Below are positions 18,123-28,328 of a stretch of DNA of 64,000 nt, one piece after another. The notes beneath the pieces were generated by a model that did no database searches, was not told the origin of the DNA, and worked only from the letters and a program-made list of their open reading frames with translations. The stretch comes from an uncultured Anaerolineales bacterium (lineage in GTDB: Bacteria; Chloroflexota; Anaerolineae; Epilineales; JAANWY01). The stretch is taken from the NCBI GenBank assembly GCA_964532665.1, contig CAZHMV010000001.1, positions 103,742-167,741 of the forward strand, written 5' to 3'. How positions within the stretch are numbered: the first letter of the stretch is position 1; each line of letters opens with the position of its first letter. The position numbers and the translations under genes are program-made.

Positions 18123-20033
18123 TCACAGATAAGCTTTGAGCTTCTCGGCCGCCGGCCTGGTCATGCCGGGAACAGCCAGGAGTTCCTCCAACGAAGCCTG
18201 CCGCACGCCCTCCACAGAGCCGAAAGTCCTCAGCAACGCCTGCCGACGCCTGGGGCCGATTCCCGGCACCTCCTCCAGGATGGAGGCGATGCCCTGCTTG
18301 CGGCGCAGCCGGCGGTGGTAGTTGAGCGCAAACCGATGCGCCTCGTCCCGCACCCGTTGTACCAGGAATAGCGCCTGGGAATCGCGGGGCAACACGACCG
18401 GGTCCGGTTCCCCCGGCCTGAAGATCTCCTCTTTTCGTTTAGCCAACCCGATGACGGGGATGTGGTCAACGCCCAGCTCTTGCATGACTTCCAGAGCTGC
18501 ATTCAGTTGTCCTTTCCCACCATCGACGATGACCAAATCCGGCGCGATGGCCCAGGCATCGGCTTCTGGCGCGGCGCGCGGTCCGTCGGCCCTGGTGGTG
18601 GGGACGGATTCCTCCTCTGCCCGGCGTGCGACCAGACGGCGGAAGCGGCGGCGCAGAACTTCTTGCATCATGGCATAGTCATCCGCCCCCTCCACGGTGC
18701 GAATTTTGAACCGCCGATAGTCGCTCTTGCGCGGCGTGCCCCTGGCGAAGACCACCATGCTGCCGGTTGCTGCCGTCCCCTGGATATTGGAGATGTCGTA
18801 GCATTCGATGCGGGCCGGCGGTCGATCCATCCCGAGTGCCTCCTGCAGCTCCGCTACGCCGGTCACCTGCTTTTCTGCATCAACCTGCCACTGGGCACTC
18901 AGGGCGTGCAGCGTTTCAGTCGCGTTTTCCGCTGCCATCTCAACCAGTGCATGATCCTGACCACCCTGCGGCACCCGGATTGCCACTTTATCGCCCCGCA
19001 TGTCTCGAAGCCAGGATTCGATAATCAGGGCCTCGTCGATCTCGTCCTGGACGAGAATCTGTGGTGGGATGCTGGCCGCCTCGTCGTAGAACTGCTTGAC
19101 GAAGGAGGTCATCACATCCCGGGCTTCTTCACCCTCAGCCCCCTCCAGCATGAAGTACTCGCGGCCGATGAGCTTGCCATTGCGGATGAAGAACACCTGG
19201 ACACACGCCTGCCCGTCATCCCGCGCCAGAGCAATCACGTCCTGATCCACCAACTCCGGTGAGACAACCTTCTGGCGCTCGATGACCCGCTCGATGGCCA
19301 GGAGCTTATCGCGGATCGCCGCCGCGCGCTCGAATTCCAGGTTGCCGGCAGCTTTCTGCATGTCCTGCCTCAGGTCTCGCAGGACTTGCTCTGTCTTGCC
19401 TTGTAGGAAGTCGCACAACCCCTGAATCATCGCCCGGTATTCTGCCCGATTCACCACGCCGATACACGGTGCCTGGCACAGCCCGATGTGGTAGTACAGA
19501 CAGGCTCGCTCGTCTTCGCCGGTGATGATTCGGTCGCAGGTGAGGTAGGGGAAGATCTTACGCAGCGTGTGCAGTGTCTCGTGCACAGCCCATGCGGCGG
19601 TGAAGGGGCCGTAGTACCTGCCGCCATCTTGACGCATCCGTCGCGTCATATAGACCTTCGGGAAATCGTCCTGCCAGGTGACCTTGATGTATGGGTAGCG
19701 TTTGTCGTCTTTGAGCCGAACGTTGTAGCGCGGTCGATGGCGCTTGATCAAGTTCATCTCCAGGATCAGCGCCTCCAACTCCGACTCCGTGACGATGAAG
19801 TCGATGCCGGCCACATACGTCATCATGTGATGGGTCTTGGAGTTCAGGTTGGCTGACCTATGGAAGTATGACCGCACGCGGGCGCGCAGATTGACCGCCT
19901 TCCCTACGTAGAGAACCCGGCCCGAGTCATCCTCGAAGAGGTAGACGCCGGGCTTGGTGGGCAGGTTGTCAAGGATGTTCTTGATGTTATCCGGAACCTT
20001 GCGTTGTCCGTTCACTTCGGCAGGCTCTTGCAA
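18123..20033 (-). CDS. uvrC: Excinuclease ABC subunit C (UvrC)
   Basis: GIY-YIG N-terminus (GVYLFEDDSGRVLYVGKA), UvrBC-interacting region, RNase H-like endonuclease domain and a C-terminal HhH. Confidence 0.9.
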   Translation of the reverse strand: MQEPAEVNGQRKVPDNIKNILDNLPTKPGVYLFEDDSGRVLYVGKAVNLRARVRSYFHRSANLNSKTHHMMTYVAGIDFIVTESELEALILEMNLIKRHRPRYNVRLKDDKRYPYIKVTWQDDFPKVYMTRRMRQDGGRYYGPFTAAWAVHETLHTLRKIFPYLTCDRIITGEDERACLYYHIGLCQAPCIGVVNRAEYRAMIQGLCDFLQGKTEQVLRDLRQDMQKAAGNLEFERAAAIRDKLLAIERVIERQKVVSPELVDQDVIALARDDGQACVQVFFIRNGKLIGREYFMLEGAEGEEARDVMTSFVKQFYDEAASIPPQILVQDEIDEALIIESWLRDMRGDKVAIRVPQGGQDHALVEMAAENATETLHALSAQWQVDAEKQVTGVAELQEALGMDRPPARIECYDISNIQGTAATGSMVVFARGTPRKSDYRRFKIRTVEGADDYAMMQEVLRRRFRRLVARRAEEESVPTTRADGPRAAPEADAWAIAPDLVIVDGGKGQLNAALEVMQELGVDHIPVIGLAKRKEEIFRPGEPDPVVLPRDSQALFLVQRVRDEAHRFALNYHRRLRRKQGIASILEEVPGIGPRRRQALLRTFGSVEGVRQASLEELLAVPGMTRPAAEKLKAYL

Positions 20034-20376
20034 GCACTAGCAAGCAATGATGAAGTATCAGTAGCTGGGAAAACACGCTCCAGGCGGGTCCGTGACCCGC
20101 CGATCTGACCGGTCCCGGGCCGGTCAGGAGCGAGAATTCTCATCTACTGAGTATCAGCCGACGAATTCACTCGCTGGCCAGCCGGGATCATGAAAGAATT
20201 AGCACATAGATTCTATCACAATTAGAGTTTCAGGGCAAAGCCCCCGCTTGCAGAAGCGACCGAGAATCGCAAGTTGCGAAAGACGTCGGAGTGATGCACA
20301 ATGAAGGAGACCTTGGAAGCCAACGATCTACCGGGGAGAGAATTGTGCAGCCTACTCTTATGAAGATTGAGAGGTT

Positions 20377-20484
20377 ACTACTCATCAGCCACCCTCCCGC
20401 AGGTTGCGATGCGCAATGGTTTTGCACCCGAAAAACGGCCTTGAAGCAGCGATTCTCGGCCAATCCTGCGGGAGGGTGAGTAGT
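20377..20484. mobile_element. MITE-like palindromic repeat element copy 2
   Basis: Near-identical to the reverse complement of copy 3 (34051-34167) apart from an 11-bp deletion. Confidence 0.8.
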
Positions 20485-20498
20485 TTGACACTGTCAAA

Positions 20499-22151
20499 CT
20501 ACGAACCTGTCAGGTGGCCAGCCACGTACATCAAGTCGGCCACGTCCACGATCCCATTGCCGTTCGAGTCGTACCACAGGTTGGACTGACGCCAACTGCC
20601 GGCCATCATTTGGACATCGCCCAGGTCCACCACACCGTCGTGGTTGAAGTCAAGATCGGGGGCTGTGCTCACGCCAAGAGTCACGTCGTCCAGATCGAAG
20701 TAGAAGCTGGCGTTGGGTCCCGAGTTGCTTATGGCTTTGAAGGTGATCTGCACCTGTTGGCCGGCATAGGCACTCAGGTCGAATGCGGACGACTCCGCCC
20801 ACTCGGTGGGCCCGCTATCGTCCAGCGTGACCAGAGTCTCAAGCAGGCTGCCGCTGCCATCCCTCACCTGAAGCTCCAACGAGGCAATCGGGGGCAGGTC
20901 TCCGCTGGTCCGCCACCAAAAGTGCCACGTTGCTGAAGTGGCATCGGCCGGGATGTCCACTTGTTGATAGATTTCACCTGGCCCAGACAGCGAGGCATAC
21001 TGGTTCCCGCTGTGGGCAGGAAACACCATGTCTCCTTGAAAATCAGGGTATGCATCTCCCGTTGTGACCCACGGAGAGGAGGAGAGGGCTGATTCAAACC
21101 CCGGGTCTTGCAGGATTTGAGAACTGCTCCCGCCGCCAGGAGGCGTGGTTGGGGTTGGCGTCACTGTCGCAGTCGCTGTTGCCGTCTGAGTTGGCGTTAG
21201 GGTGGGTGTTGGCGACTCGGCTGGAACAGTTCCAGTCACGGTTGGCGTTGACGTTGGCAAACTCCCAACGTGCGACTCGATCCAGCTCTTGAAGTTTGCC
21301 ACGCGGGTGTAGACGCCGTATTTGTTCGGGGAAGCGCAGCCGTCGCCCCAACTGACAATGCCGGCCTGCACCCAGCCACTCCCCTGCGCGTCCGGCACCA
21401 TCAGCGGTCCGCCGCTGTCTCCCGAACAGGAGTCCTTGCCGCCCAAGGCGTAACCAGCACACAACATGTTATCCGTGATCTGGCCGTTGTAGGCGTTGGA
21501 GGCATTGCAGACAGCATTGGAAACAATGGGGACCGAGACCTGCTGCAATGCATCTGTATAACTGGAGTCGTTATTCGGATCTGTGAGTCCCCAACCGATG
21601 ACGGTAGCCAGTGTGCCAGGGTCGAAGAGCGCACTGTCGCCGGCTCCGACTACCGGTATCGTCGGCTGTGACGACGGCCTGCTCAGATGCAGCAGCGCAA
21701 TGTCGAAGTCAACCGTGGACGGGTTATACGACGGATGTTGTATGATCTGCGTCACGGAGATTCGTTCGCCATCGGATGAACTTAAGGTGTGCCGGCCAAG
21801 TACGACATCGATGTCTGACGGGCTGCTATTCTCCGTACAGTGAGAAGCGGTGAGCACCCATTGGGGATCGATGAGGGCTCCGCCGCAGAACTGCCCCTGA
21901 AACGCATTGGGCTGACCGGAGCTCACAAGCGCCGCCATCCAGGGCCAGGCACCGGGCTGTGCCTCGTACCCGCCCACGATGTCCAGCCCAGGAGAAGGGG
22001 GCTGGGGCGTCGCCGGGGCTGGCGTAGGCGTTTCCTCGACGGCGACACCGACGGCGGTCGCAGGATCGGGGCCTTGTGCCCACGTATAGGTCGCGACAGT
22101 TAGCAACAACGTGAAGAACAGCAGCAAGCTCAAGGTCTGCAAACGTTTCAC
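20499..22151 (-). CDS. Secreted trypsin-like serine protease (S1 family) with Thr/Pro linker, beta-sandwich domain and C-terminal type-I dockerin
   Basis: Signal peptide; catalytic triad motifs IVGG, TASHC, DIALL and GDSGGP; C-terminal dockerin repeats DFNHDGVVDLGDV and DSNGNGIVDVADL. GTG start. Confidence 0.8.
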   Translation of the reverse strand: MKRLQTLSLLLFFTLLLTVATYTWAQGPDPATAVGVAVEETPTPAPATPQPPSPGLDIVGGYEAQPGAWPWMAALVSSGQPNAFQGQFCGGALIDPQWVLTASHCTENSSPSDIDVVLGRHTLSSSDGERISVTQIIQHPSYNPSTVDFDIALLHLSRPSSQPTIPVVGAGDSALFDPGTLATVIGWGLTDPNNDSSYTDALQQVSVPIVSNAVCNASNAYNGQITDNMLCAGYALGGKDSCSGDSGGPLMVPDAQGSGWVQAGIVSWGDGCASPNKYGVYTRVANFKSWIESHVGSLPTSTPTVTGTVPAESPTPTLTPTQTATATATVTPTPTTPPGGGSSSQILQDPGFESALSSSPWVTTGDAYPDFQGDMVFPAHSGNQYASLSGPGEIYQQVDIPADATSATWHFWWRTSGDLPPIASLELQVRDGSGSLLETLVTLDDSGPTEWAESSAFDLSAYAGQQVQITFKAISNSGPNASFYFDLDDVTLGVSTAPDLDFNHDGVVDLGDVQMMAGSWRQSNLWYDSNGNGIVDVADLMYVAGHLTGS

Positions 22152-22382
22152 GGATCACCCCACATCTACCCGAAGTGACTACCAGGAACGGAATCCTCCC
22201 CTAATGATAGTATGTATTTGAACTCCGGCGCGCCGGCAAGGTGAAAAAGATATGAATAGTAAAGGCGGACTCCCCCTGGCCCATTCTACCACACGCCTCG
22301 CCGGCCCGCAAGCACACCACGCATCTCGCAGACAAAGGCGGGCCGCCGCTCCATTTGCGCCTTTCCGCCAATCCGTGGTCCC

Positions 22383-23666
22383 TCACCCACCCTCTCTCAC
22401 CAACCAAACCAACATCAACAGCGCGATGAGGGACGCGCCGGCAGAGATCGCCCCGTTCAGCGTCATCCCGCCGTGGAGCCACAGCCGAGTCGCCGTCACA
22501 GAGCCGGCCATCCGGCCGGCGGACATTGCGGCCACGTTCAACGCCATCAGCGTGCCCCGCGTGGCCGGCGCCAGTTCCGACACCAGGGGGATGGACGACA
22601 CGATGCTGAACTCGAAGGTGATGAACAGGACGGCCAGCCCTACCAACGCCACGGCGAGGCTGCCGGTCATGGCCGGCAGCAGCAGGTAGGCACCGGCTGT
22701 GAGCAGCGCGCCGCCAGCCACGGCCCGCTTCTTGCCAATGCGATCCACAAAAGCAGCCGACGCCCCCTCGGCGAGCACTTCCGAGACGCCGATCACGATG
22801 GATGCCACGCCCAGCGCGCCCACGCTGAGCCCAAAGGTCGATTCCATCCAGGCTCCGTAGACGACGAACACATTCTCGTTGGCAAACATCATCAGGACGC
22901 TGACGGCGAGGGCAGCCAGGGCGCTGTGGTTCTTCAGCAAGGCCGGCGAGTGAAGATCGACCTGGAAGCTGTGCCGGCGGTCGGCCTGGGGGAGCCGTAG
23001 GGTGAGGATGAAGCTGAGCAGCCCCAGGATGGCAATGGCGATGAACGGCGCCTGCCAGCCGTAGCGTTCGATGAGGAAGCCCGTGGCCGGCACGCCCAGC
23101 AACCACGCCGCCGACCATGACAGCTCGACCGTCCCCATGATCCGCCCCCGGCGGTGATACGGGATCAGATCGCCCAGGTACGCTTGCAGCGCCGGATCGT
23201 AGACGACCTTCGCGATGCCGAAGAGCGCGAAAGCGAGAAAAGCCACCTGGTAAGCGGCCAGGGCCGGCCATTCGGTTGGCAAAACGATCAGGAACGCCGC
23301 CGCCACCAGCATCGCCAGCCCGCTCAGCATCATGGCTCGCCGGCCATGCCGATCGGACACGGGGCCGAAGAGTGGACTGCTTAACCCGACGAAGGCGCGG
23401 ACCGTCAACAGGAAGCTGACGGCGGTCAACGAGACGCCCAACCCACGGCTGATGGCCGGCAGGAAGGGGTACACAACCCGGAAGCTGCCGTTCAGGACTG
23501 TGCGGGAGAGCAGGATGATCCCGAGGAACACCAAAGTTGGTGAAGAGGACGCTTCACCCGTTGGGGAACGGTCACTCACGATATGAAGATGCTTTTCAGC
23601 GTCTACCGTCTCCCCGTCACCGTGTTCCTGTAGCTCGCTGCATCTGTGCTCAAGAAGGGTTGGCAA
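22383..23666 (-). CDS. MFS transporter
   Basis: Twelve predicted TM helices with MFS loop motifs. The N-terminus is uncertain. Confidence 0.7.
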   Translation of the reverse strand: MPTLLEHRCSELQEHGDGETVDAEKHLHIVSDRSPTGEASSSPTLVFLGIILLSRTVLNGSFRVVYPFLPAISRGLGVSLTAVSFLLTVRAFVGLSSPLFGPVSDRHGRRAMMLSGLAMLVAAAFLIVLPTEWPALAAYQVAFLAFALFGIAKVVYDPALQAYLGDLIPYHRRGRIMGTVELSWSAAWLLGVPATGFLIERYGWQAPFIAIAILGLLSFILTLRLPQADRRHSFQVDLHSPALLKNHSALAALAVSVLMMFANENVFVVYGAWMESTFGLSVGALGVASIVIGVSEVLAEGASAAFVDRIGKKRAVAGGALLTAGAYLLLPAMTGSLAVALVGLAVLFITFEFSIVSSIPLVSELAPATRGTLMALNVAAMSAGRMAGSVTATRLWLHGGMTLNGAISAGASLIALLMLVWLVREGG

Positions 23667-25194
23667 CTTGCAGCAATGATTGGCGGGCCGCCTCCAGGCG
23701 TTCCAGGACCTTCTCTTTCCCGACGATCTCCAACGTGCCGAAGAGTGGAGGGGCTACGCGCTTGCCGGTGACAGCAACACGGATCGGCGTGAGGAACTGG
23801 CCAACCTTGAGCCCCAAGTCGCTGGCCCTGGCACGGAGGGCCTGCTCGATCGCATCGTGCTCAAAAGGCTCAACGCCGGCCAGCACGGCATGGGCGGCTG
23901 CCAGAGCGTCGGCGGTTTGGGCCGTGTCCATCTTCTTGCCCGGCAGCTCGGCTGGGTCGGGATGCACCTCTTCCTCGAAGAAGAAGTCGATCCAATCAGC
24001 GGCCTCGTCCAGGGTGTGGATGCGCTCCTGGATCAGGGGCGTAACTCGCCGCACGAAAGCCAGGTCCACGTCGAACCCCTTTTCCTGCAAGAACGCGGTG
24101 AGCCGGTCGGCTAACTCATCGACGGACAGTTGGCGGATGTAGACGCCGTTCATCCACTTTAGCTTATCATACGAAAAAGCCATAGATGCCGGCCGAATGT
24201 CGGCAATGTCGAAGCGTTCGATGGCCTGCTCGCGGGTGAAAATGTCCTGGTCGCCGCTGTAGGCCCAGCCCAGCAGGGCCAGGAAGTTGAACAGGGCCTC
24301 GGGGAGGTAGCCGGCAGCCCGGAACTCACGAATCTCCGTCATCTGCGCGGACCCTCTGCGCTTGGACAGCTTGCCGCGACCGCTTGGGTCCAGGGTCATC
24401 GGCATGTGAGCAAAGGCCGGCGGTTCCCACCCGAAAGCGTCATACATCACCAGGTGCGGCGGTACGCTGGAAATCCACTCGTCGCCGCGGATGATGTGCG
24501 AAATCTCCATGAGGTGGTCGTCGATGACGTTGGCGAAGTGATAGGTGGGAAAGCCGTCGGATTTGATCAGGACGATGTCTTCCAGATGCTCGAAGTCAAA
24601 CGTTATCTCGCCCCGGATGATGTCCTCGAAGGTGATCTGGCCTTTCAGTGGCATTTTCAGCCGGATGACAGGTGTGATGCCCTCAGCTTCACGTGTTGCC
24701 CGCTCCTCATCAGTCAAATTGCGGCAATGTCGGTCGTATCCAGGTGACTCTCCACGAGCCAGCTTCTCCTGTCGAACCTTCTCCAGCCGTTCAGGCGTGC
24801 AGTAACACTTGTAGGCGTAGCCGCCTTCCAACAGCTCTTGCGCATACTTGTGGTAGATGTCCAGGCGCTCCGACTGAAGGTATGGCCCGTAGTCACCGCC
24901 AACATCCGGCCCTTCATCCCAATCCAGTCCGAGCCAGCGCAGTTGCGCCTTGATGTCCTCCAGCGCGCCCGGCACGAACCGCTTCCGATCGGTGTCCTCG
25001 ATGCGCAGGATGAAGTCGCCGCCGGTGTGACGGGCCCACAACCAGTCGAACAGAGCTGTTCGCGCGTTGCCAACGTGGAGCCAGCCCGTCGGACTTGGGG
25101 CGAATCGGACACGAACCCGTTGACCGCCGGACGGGATCGGGCGGTGTCGTGGTTTTGTCGAAGGGTTAGTGGGATCAGAGGGAGCCTGGCTCAT
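23650..25194 (-). CDS. gltX: Glutamate--tRNA ligase (GluRS)
   Basis: PSPTGWLHVGNARTALF (HIGH-type) and KLSKR (KMSKS) motifs. The start is taken at MSQAPSD (25194); the track's 25266 extension is possible. Confidence 0.85.
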   Translation of the reverse strand: MSQAPSDPTNPSTKPRHRPIPSGGQRVRVRFAPSPTGWLHVGNARTALFDWLWARHTGGDFILRIEDTDRKRFVPGALEDIKAQLRWLGLDWDEGPDVGGDYGPYLQSERLDIYHKYAQELLEGGYAYKCYCTPERLEKVRQEKLARGESPGYDRHCRNLTDEERATREAEGITPVIRLKMPLKGQITFEDIIRGEITFDFEHLEDIVLIKSDGFPTYHFANVIDDHLMEISHIIRGDEWISSVPPHLVMYDAFGWEPPAFAHMPMTLDPSGRGKLSKRRGSAQMTEIREFRAAGYLPEALFNFLALLGWAYSGDQDIFTREQAIERFDIADIRPASMAFSYDKLKWMNGVYIRQLSVDELADRLTAFLQEKGFDVDLAFVRRVTPLIQERIHTLDEAADWIDFFFEEEVHPDPAELPGKKMDTAQTADALAAAHAVLAGVEPFEHDAIEQALRARASDLGLKVGQFLTPIRVAVTGKRVAPPLFGTLEIVGKEKVLERLEAARQSLLQVANPS

Positions 25195-25315
25195 CGGATT
25201 CACTCTCGGGTCATCATTGTGTAGACGTGTATGTAGTATTCTAGCACCGCTGGGATGAGTGTGCAAGCCAGAGCCGTGTTCCCCTCGGCCTGTATGACGG
25301 CAGGGAGCCCCCCGG

Positions 25316-25398
25316 AAGCGATAGCGATAGTGATAGTGATAGCGACAGTGGCCGGCTTGCCGTCACTATCACTATCGCTATCACTATCGCTGTCGCTA
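25316..25398. repeat. Hexamer-periodic (GATAGY) hairpin element abutting the rodA stop codon
   Basis: gcgatagcgatagtgatagtgatagcgacagtg - loop - cactatcactatcgctatcactatcgctgtcgc. Confidence 0.75.
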
Positions 25399-26499
25399 GA
25401 ACTCGAAGGCGCGCGGCCGGCGCATTACAATGCTCTGAACCAATCCCAATGCAATCAGCAAGGTCATCAGCGAGCTTCCGCCGTAGCTGATGAACGGCAG
25501 GGGCATGCCCGTCGCCGGTACCAGGTTGATGTTGACGCCGATGTTGATGAAGGCCTGGAACAGAATGATCGTCGCAATGCCCACCGCGATCAGCCGGCCA
25601 AAGTCGTCGCGGGCCAGATTCGCCGCGCGTACGATCCGCAAGATCAGGAACGCCAGCAGCGCAAACAGGATCAACGCCCCCACAAAACCCAATTCCTCTG
25701 CGAGAACAGAGAAGACGAAGTCGGTGTGACGGACACGCAAGAAACGGAGCTGGCTCTGCGTGCCACTGGCGTAGCCTCGGCCCAGCCAACCACCGGAGCC
25801 AACAGCAATCAGTGCCTGCGTGACGCTGAAGCCGAGACCCTGCGGATCGCGAGTCGGGTCCAGGAATAGTACGATCCGGTCCTGCATGTAGCCGTGCAGC
25901 TTCGTGAGGGCCAGCGGGAGCACCAGGCCGGCGCCAAGTCCCAACAGTCCTATGTGGAAGACCCGTATGCCGGCCACGAAAGCCATCGCCAGCCAGATCA
26001 CCATCATGCTGAGCGCCGTGCCCAGATCGGGCTGCTGGTAGATGAGAGCCATCGGGATGGCCGCCAGCCCCAGCGAGACCAGCACATGCCGCAGTTGGCG
26101 CATGTCGTTATCGGCCATGTACTTTGCCAGGCCGATCACCACCAGCAGCTTGGCCAGCTCCGAGGGTTGCACCGGCAGGAAGCCAAAGCTCAACCAGCGT
26201 TGGGACCCCCCGGACACGGCTCCGACCCCGAGCACCACGACCAGCAAGCCAATTGCAGCGGCATAGGCGAGCCAGCCCAGGGAGCGCAGGAAGCGGTAGT
26301 CCAGCGCAGCGACGAAAAACAGGATCACGAGGCCGGCCAGGGTGTACACCACTTGCCGGCCGGCACACGGCAACGTGCCGGGGCACGCACTGTTGCCCCA
26401 CGGATCGGCGCTGTAGATCATCGCCACACCGAAGCCGATAGTGACGACTGTGATGATCAGTAGAAGCCAGTCAAAGTCACGCCACAGGGATCGATACAT
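25396..26499 (-). CDS. rodA: SEDS-family peptidoglycan polymerase RodA
   Basis: FtsW/RodA/SpoVE family. It is the last gene of the mreBCD-mrdA-minCDE cluster. Confidence 0.8.
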   Translation of the reverse strand: MYRSLWRDFDWLLLIITVVTIGFGVAMIYSADPWGNSACPGTLPCAGRQVVYTLAGLVILFFVAALDYRFLRSLGWLAYAAAIGLLVVVLGVGAVSGGSQRWLSFGFLPVQPSELAKLLVVIGLAKYMADNDMRQLRHVLVSLGLAAIPMALIYQQPDLGTALSMMVIWLAMAFVAGIRVFHIGLLGLGAGLVLPLALTKLHGYMQDRIVLFLDPTRDPQGLGFSVTQALIAVGSGGWLGRGYASGTQSQLRFLRVRHTDFVFSVLAEELGFVGALILFALLAFLILRIVRAANLARDDFGRLIAVGIATIILFQAFINIGVNINLVPATGMPLPFISYGGSSLMTLLIALGLVQSIVMRRPRAFEF

Positions 26500-26505
26500 G
26501 CCACC

Positions 26506-26784
26506 TCAAGAACTTTTATCGCCACCGTTGCGGCGGAGCGGTTTCAGCGGGATGTCCGCCACCAGCCGGCTCCGACCGCCGTCGTGTGCCACCGAGAGTT
26601 GGACGTGACGCTTGTCCACCTCGATGTGCTTCGAGATACCGCTGATGATTTCGTCTTTCAGCGTGTCGAGCAAGCCGGGCTCGATGTGCGCACGGTCGTA
26701 TACCAGGACGACCTGCAGACGCTCTTTTGCAATGTCTTTGCTCGTAGTCCCCTGCTGCCCGAAGAGTCGGTCCCAGAAACTCAT
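26506..26784 (-). CDS. minE: Cell division topological specificity factor MinE
   Basis: MSFWDRLFG N-terminus. Its start overlaps the minD stop. Confidence 0.85.
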   Translation of the reverse strand: MSFWDRLFGQQGTTSKDIAKERLQVVLVYDRAHIEPGLLDTLKDEIISGISKHIEVDKRHVQLSVAHDGGRSRLVADIPLKPLRRNGGDKSS

Positions 26785-27590
26785 AACTCACCCCCTGGTG
26801 CTCGGAAGAGGTCCAGCAGCCGCTCGAGGAAGGATGGCGGGGCTTTCAATTCCATGAAGGGCACATCCTCACCCAGGAGCCGGCCGGCGATCTGGCGGAA
26901 GGCCTGGCCGGCCGTGGAGCCGTTCAGCAAAGCTACTGGACGCCCCTGGTTTGTGGAAACGATGATTTGCTCGTCCTCCGGTACGACACCGATCAGTTCA
27001 ATAGCGAGGATGTCAAGGACATCCCCGGTGTCCAGCATATCGCCGCGCTGGACCATCGACGGTTTGAGGCGGTTGATGATGAGTCGCGCCGGGCCCTTTT
27101 CTTCCGCCTCAACCAGGCCAATGATGCGATCGGCGTCGCGCACAGCCGAGACCTCGGGGGTCGTGATGATGACAACCTCGTCGGCTGGGGCAACAGCGTT
27201 GCGATAACCCTGCTCAATGCCTGCTGGAGAGTCAATCAGGACAAAATCGACCAGCTCACGAAGATCATCGCACAACTCGCGCATTTGATCTTCGGAGACG
27301 GCCGTCTTATCCCGGGTCTGAGCTGCTGGCAGCAGGTGAAGCTCGGGCAGGCGCTTATCGCGGATCAAGGCCTGCTGCAGGCGGCAATAGCCCTCGACGG
27401 CGTCTACCAGATCGTAGACGATTCGGTTCTCCAGTCCCATGACCACATCCAGGTTCCGGAGTCCGATGTCCGCATCGACGACGACGACCCGCATCCCGCG
27501 CTGGGCCAAGGCGACACCCAGGTTGGCAGTCGCTGTGGTCTTGCCAACGCCACCTTTACCCGACGTGATGGTGATCACTCGTCCAGGCAT
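26781..27590 (-). CDS. minD: Septum site-determining ATPase MinD
   Basis: Deviant Walker A SGKGGVGKTT. Confidence 0.9.
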   Translation of the reverse strand: MPGRVITITSGKGGVGKTTATANLGVALAQRGMRVVVVDADIGLRNLDVVMGLENRIVYDLVDAVEGYCRLQQALIRDKRLPELHLLPAAQTRDKTAVSEDQMRELCDDLRELVDFVLIDSPAGIEQGYRNAVAPADEVVIITTPEVSAVRDADRIIGLVEAEEKGPARLIINRLKPSMVQRGDMLDTGDVLDILAIELIGVVPEDEQIIVSTNQGRPVALLNGSTAGQAFRQIAGRLLGEDVPFMELKAPPSFLERLLDLFRAPGGEL

Positions 27591-27610
27591 CTTGTCCTCC
27601 TCTCAAAAAG

Positions 27611-27660
27611 ATTGGAGATTCGAGATGGGAGATTGGAATCGCCAATCCCCAATCTCTATT
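27611..27660. repeat. Heptamer-periodic hairpin element (GAGATTS/CAATCYC) between minC and minD
   Basis: gattggagattcgagatgggagattggaatcgccaatccccaatctc. Confidence 0.65.
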
Positions 27661-28312
27661 GTTCCCAACTTCGTACAACGATCTGTCCATTTTCCACGCG
27701 CGCCATCTCTGGCTGCGGTGTTCCCGTTTCGTCTTCAGGCGGGCGGGCAATCTGGTTGCCAATCCGAAGCTGTGTCGGGGCCAGGGATAATGCGCAGACG
27801 AAGGCCTGATCGTCTCCCAGCGCGCCGGCATGGACCATTCCCCGCAGGTGCCCCCACACAATCACATCGCCGCCGGCCACGATTTCAGCCCCTGGATTCA
27901 CATCGCCCACAATGATCACCGAACCCGGATGGCGAACACTCTGACCGGATCGCAAGGTCCGGCGCACCACCATGCCGTCCGTCGTTTCAGCCGGCCGTGG
28001 GGGGGGCTGAGGATGCGGGCGGGCGGTGTCGTATCCCAGGCGTTGAGCCGCCCGGCGCGTGTCAGACGACTCGCTGAGGACCGTGGTCAACGTCATGTCT
28101 TGCTCCTTCAGCAAGCCGACGATCGTCTCCAAATCCCCGCTCTCCAGCGTGCGCTCTCCGAGTTGGAGGATCACCTGGCCGCCGGCGAAGAAGGCTGCTG
28201 CCTGAGCGAGGTGTTCCTCCAGGTCCGCCAGTACCGCGTCCCAGTCATTGTCACCCAGGATCACGAGCAGGCCATCCTTCGTGCCTTTGATCGTTACCGG
28301 ATTCTCAGTCAT
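27656..28312 (-). CDS. minC: Septum site-determining protein MinC
   Basis: C-terminal beta-helix repeats (IIVGDVNPGAEIVAGGDVIVWGHLRG). Confidence 0.8.
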   Translation of the reverse strand: MTENPVTIKGTKDGLLVILGDNDWDAVLADLEEHLAQAAAFFAGGQVILQLGERTLESGDLETIVGLLKEQDMTLTTVLSESSDTRRAAQRLGYDTARPHPQPPPRPAETTDGMVVRRTLRSGQSVRHPGSVIIVGDVNPGAEIVAGGDVIVWGHLRGMVHAGALGDDQAFVCALSLAPTQLRIGNQIARPPEDETGTPQPEMARVENGQIVVRSWEQ

Positions 28313-28328
28313 CGCTGGCTGTTTTATC

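Noticed and set aside
20034-20230. Possible LexA/SOS box or tRNA upstream of uvrC (two GC-rich hairpins GGCGGGTC-cgt-GACCCGCC and GACCGG-tcccggg-CCGGTC)
   Set aside because: No CTGT-N8-ACAG or GAAC-N4-GTTC motif and no tRNA cloverleaf features (no GTTCGAAT T-loop). They are left as unassigned hairpins.
20230-20463. ORF MAENRCFKAVFRVQNHCASQPAGGW duplicated at 33486..34181 (C-terminal part)
   Set aside because: It lies entirely within MITE-like element copies 2 and 3, so the duplication is of a non-coding repeat. The 33486 ORF is also antisense to rplY.
22201-23271. 356-aa Gly/Arg-rich minus-strand ORF overlapping the MFS transporter in another frame
   Set aside because: Compositionally biased (GRxG runs). 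The alternative frame gives a coherent 12-TM MFS protein.
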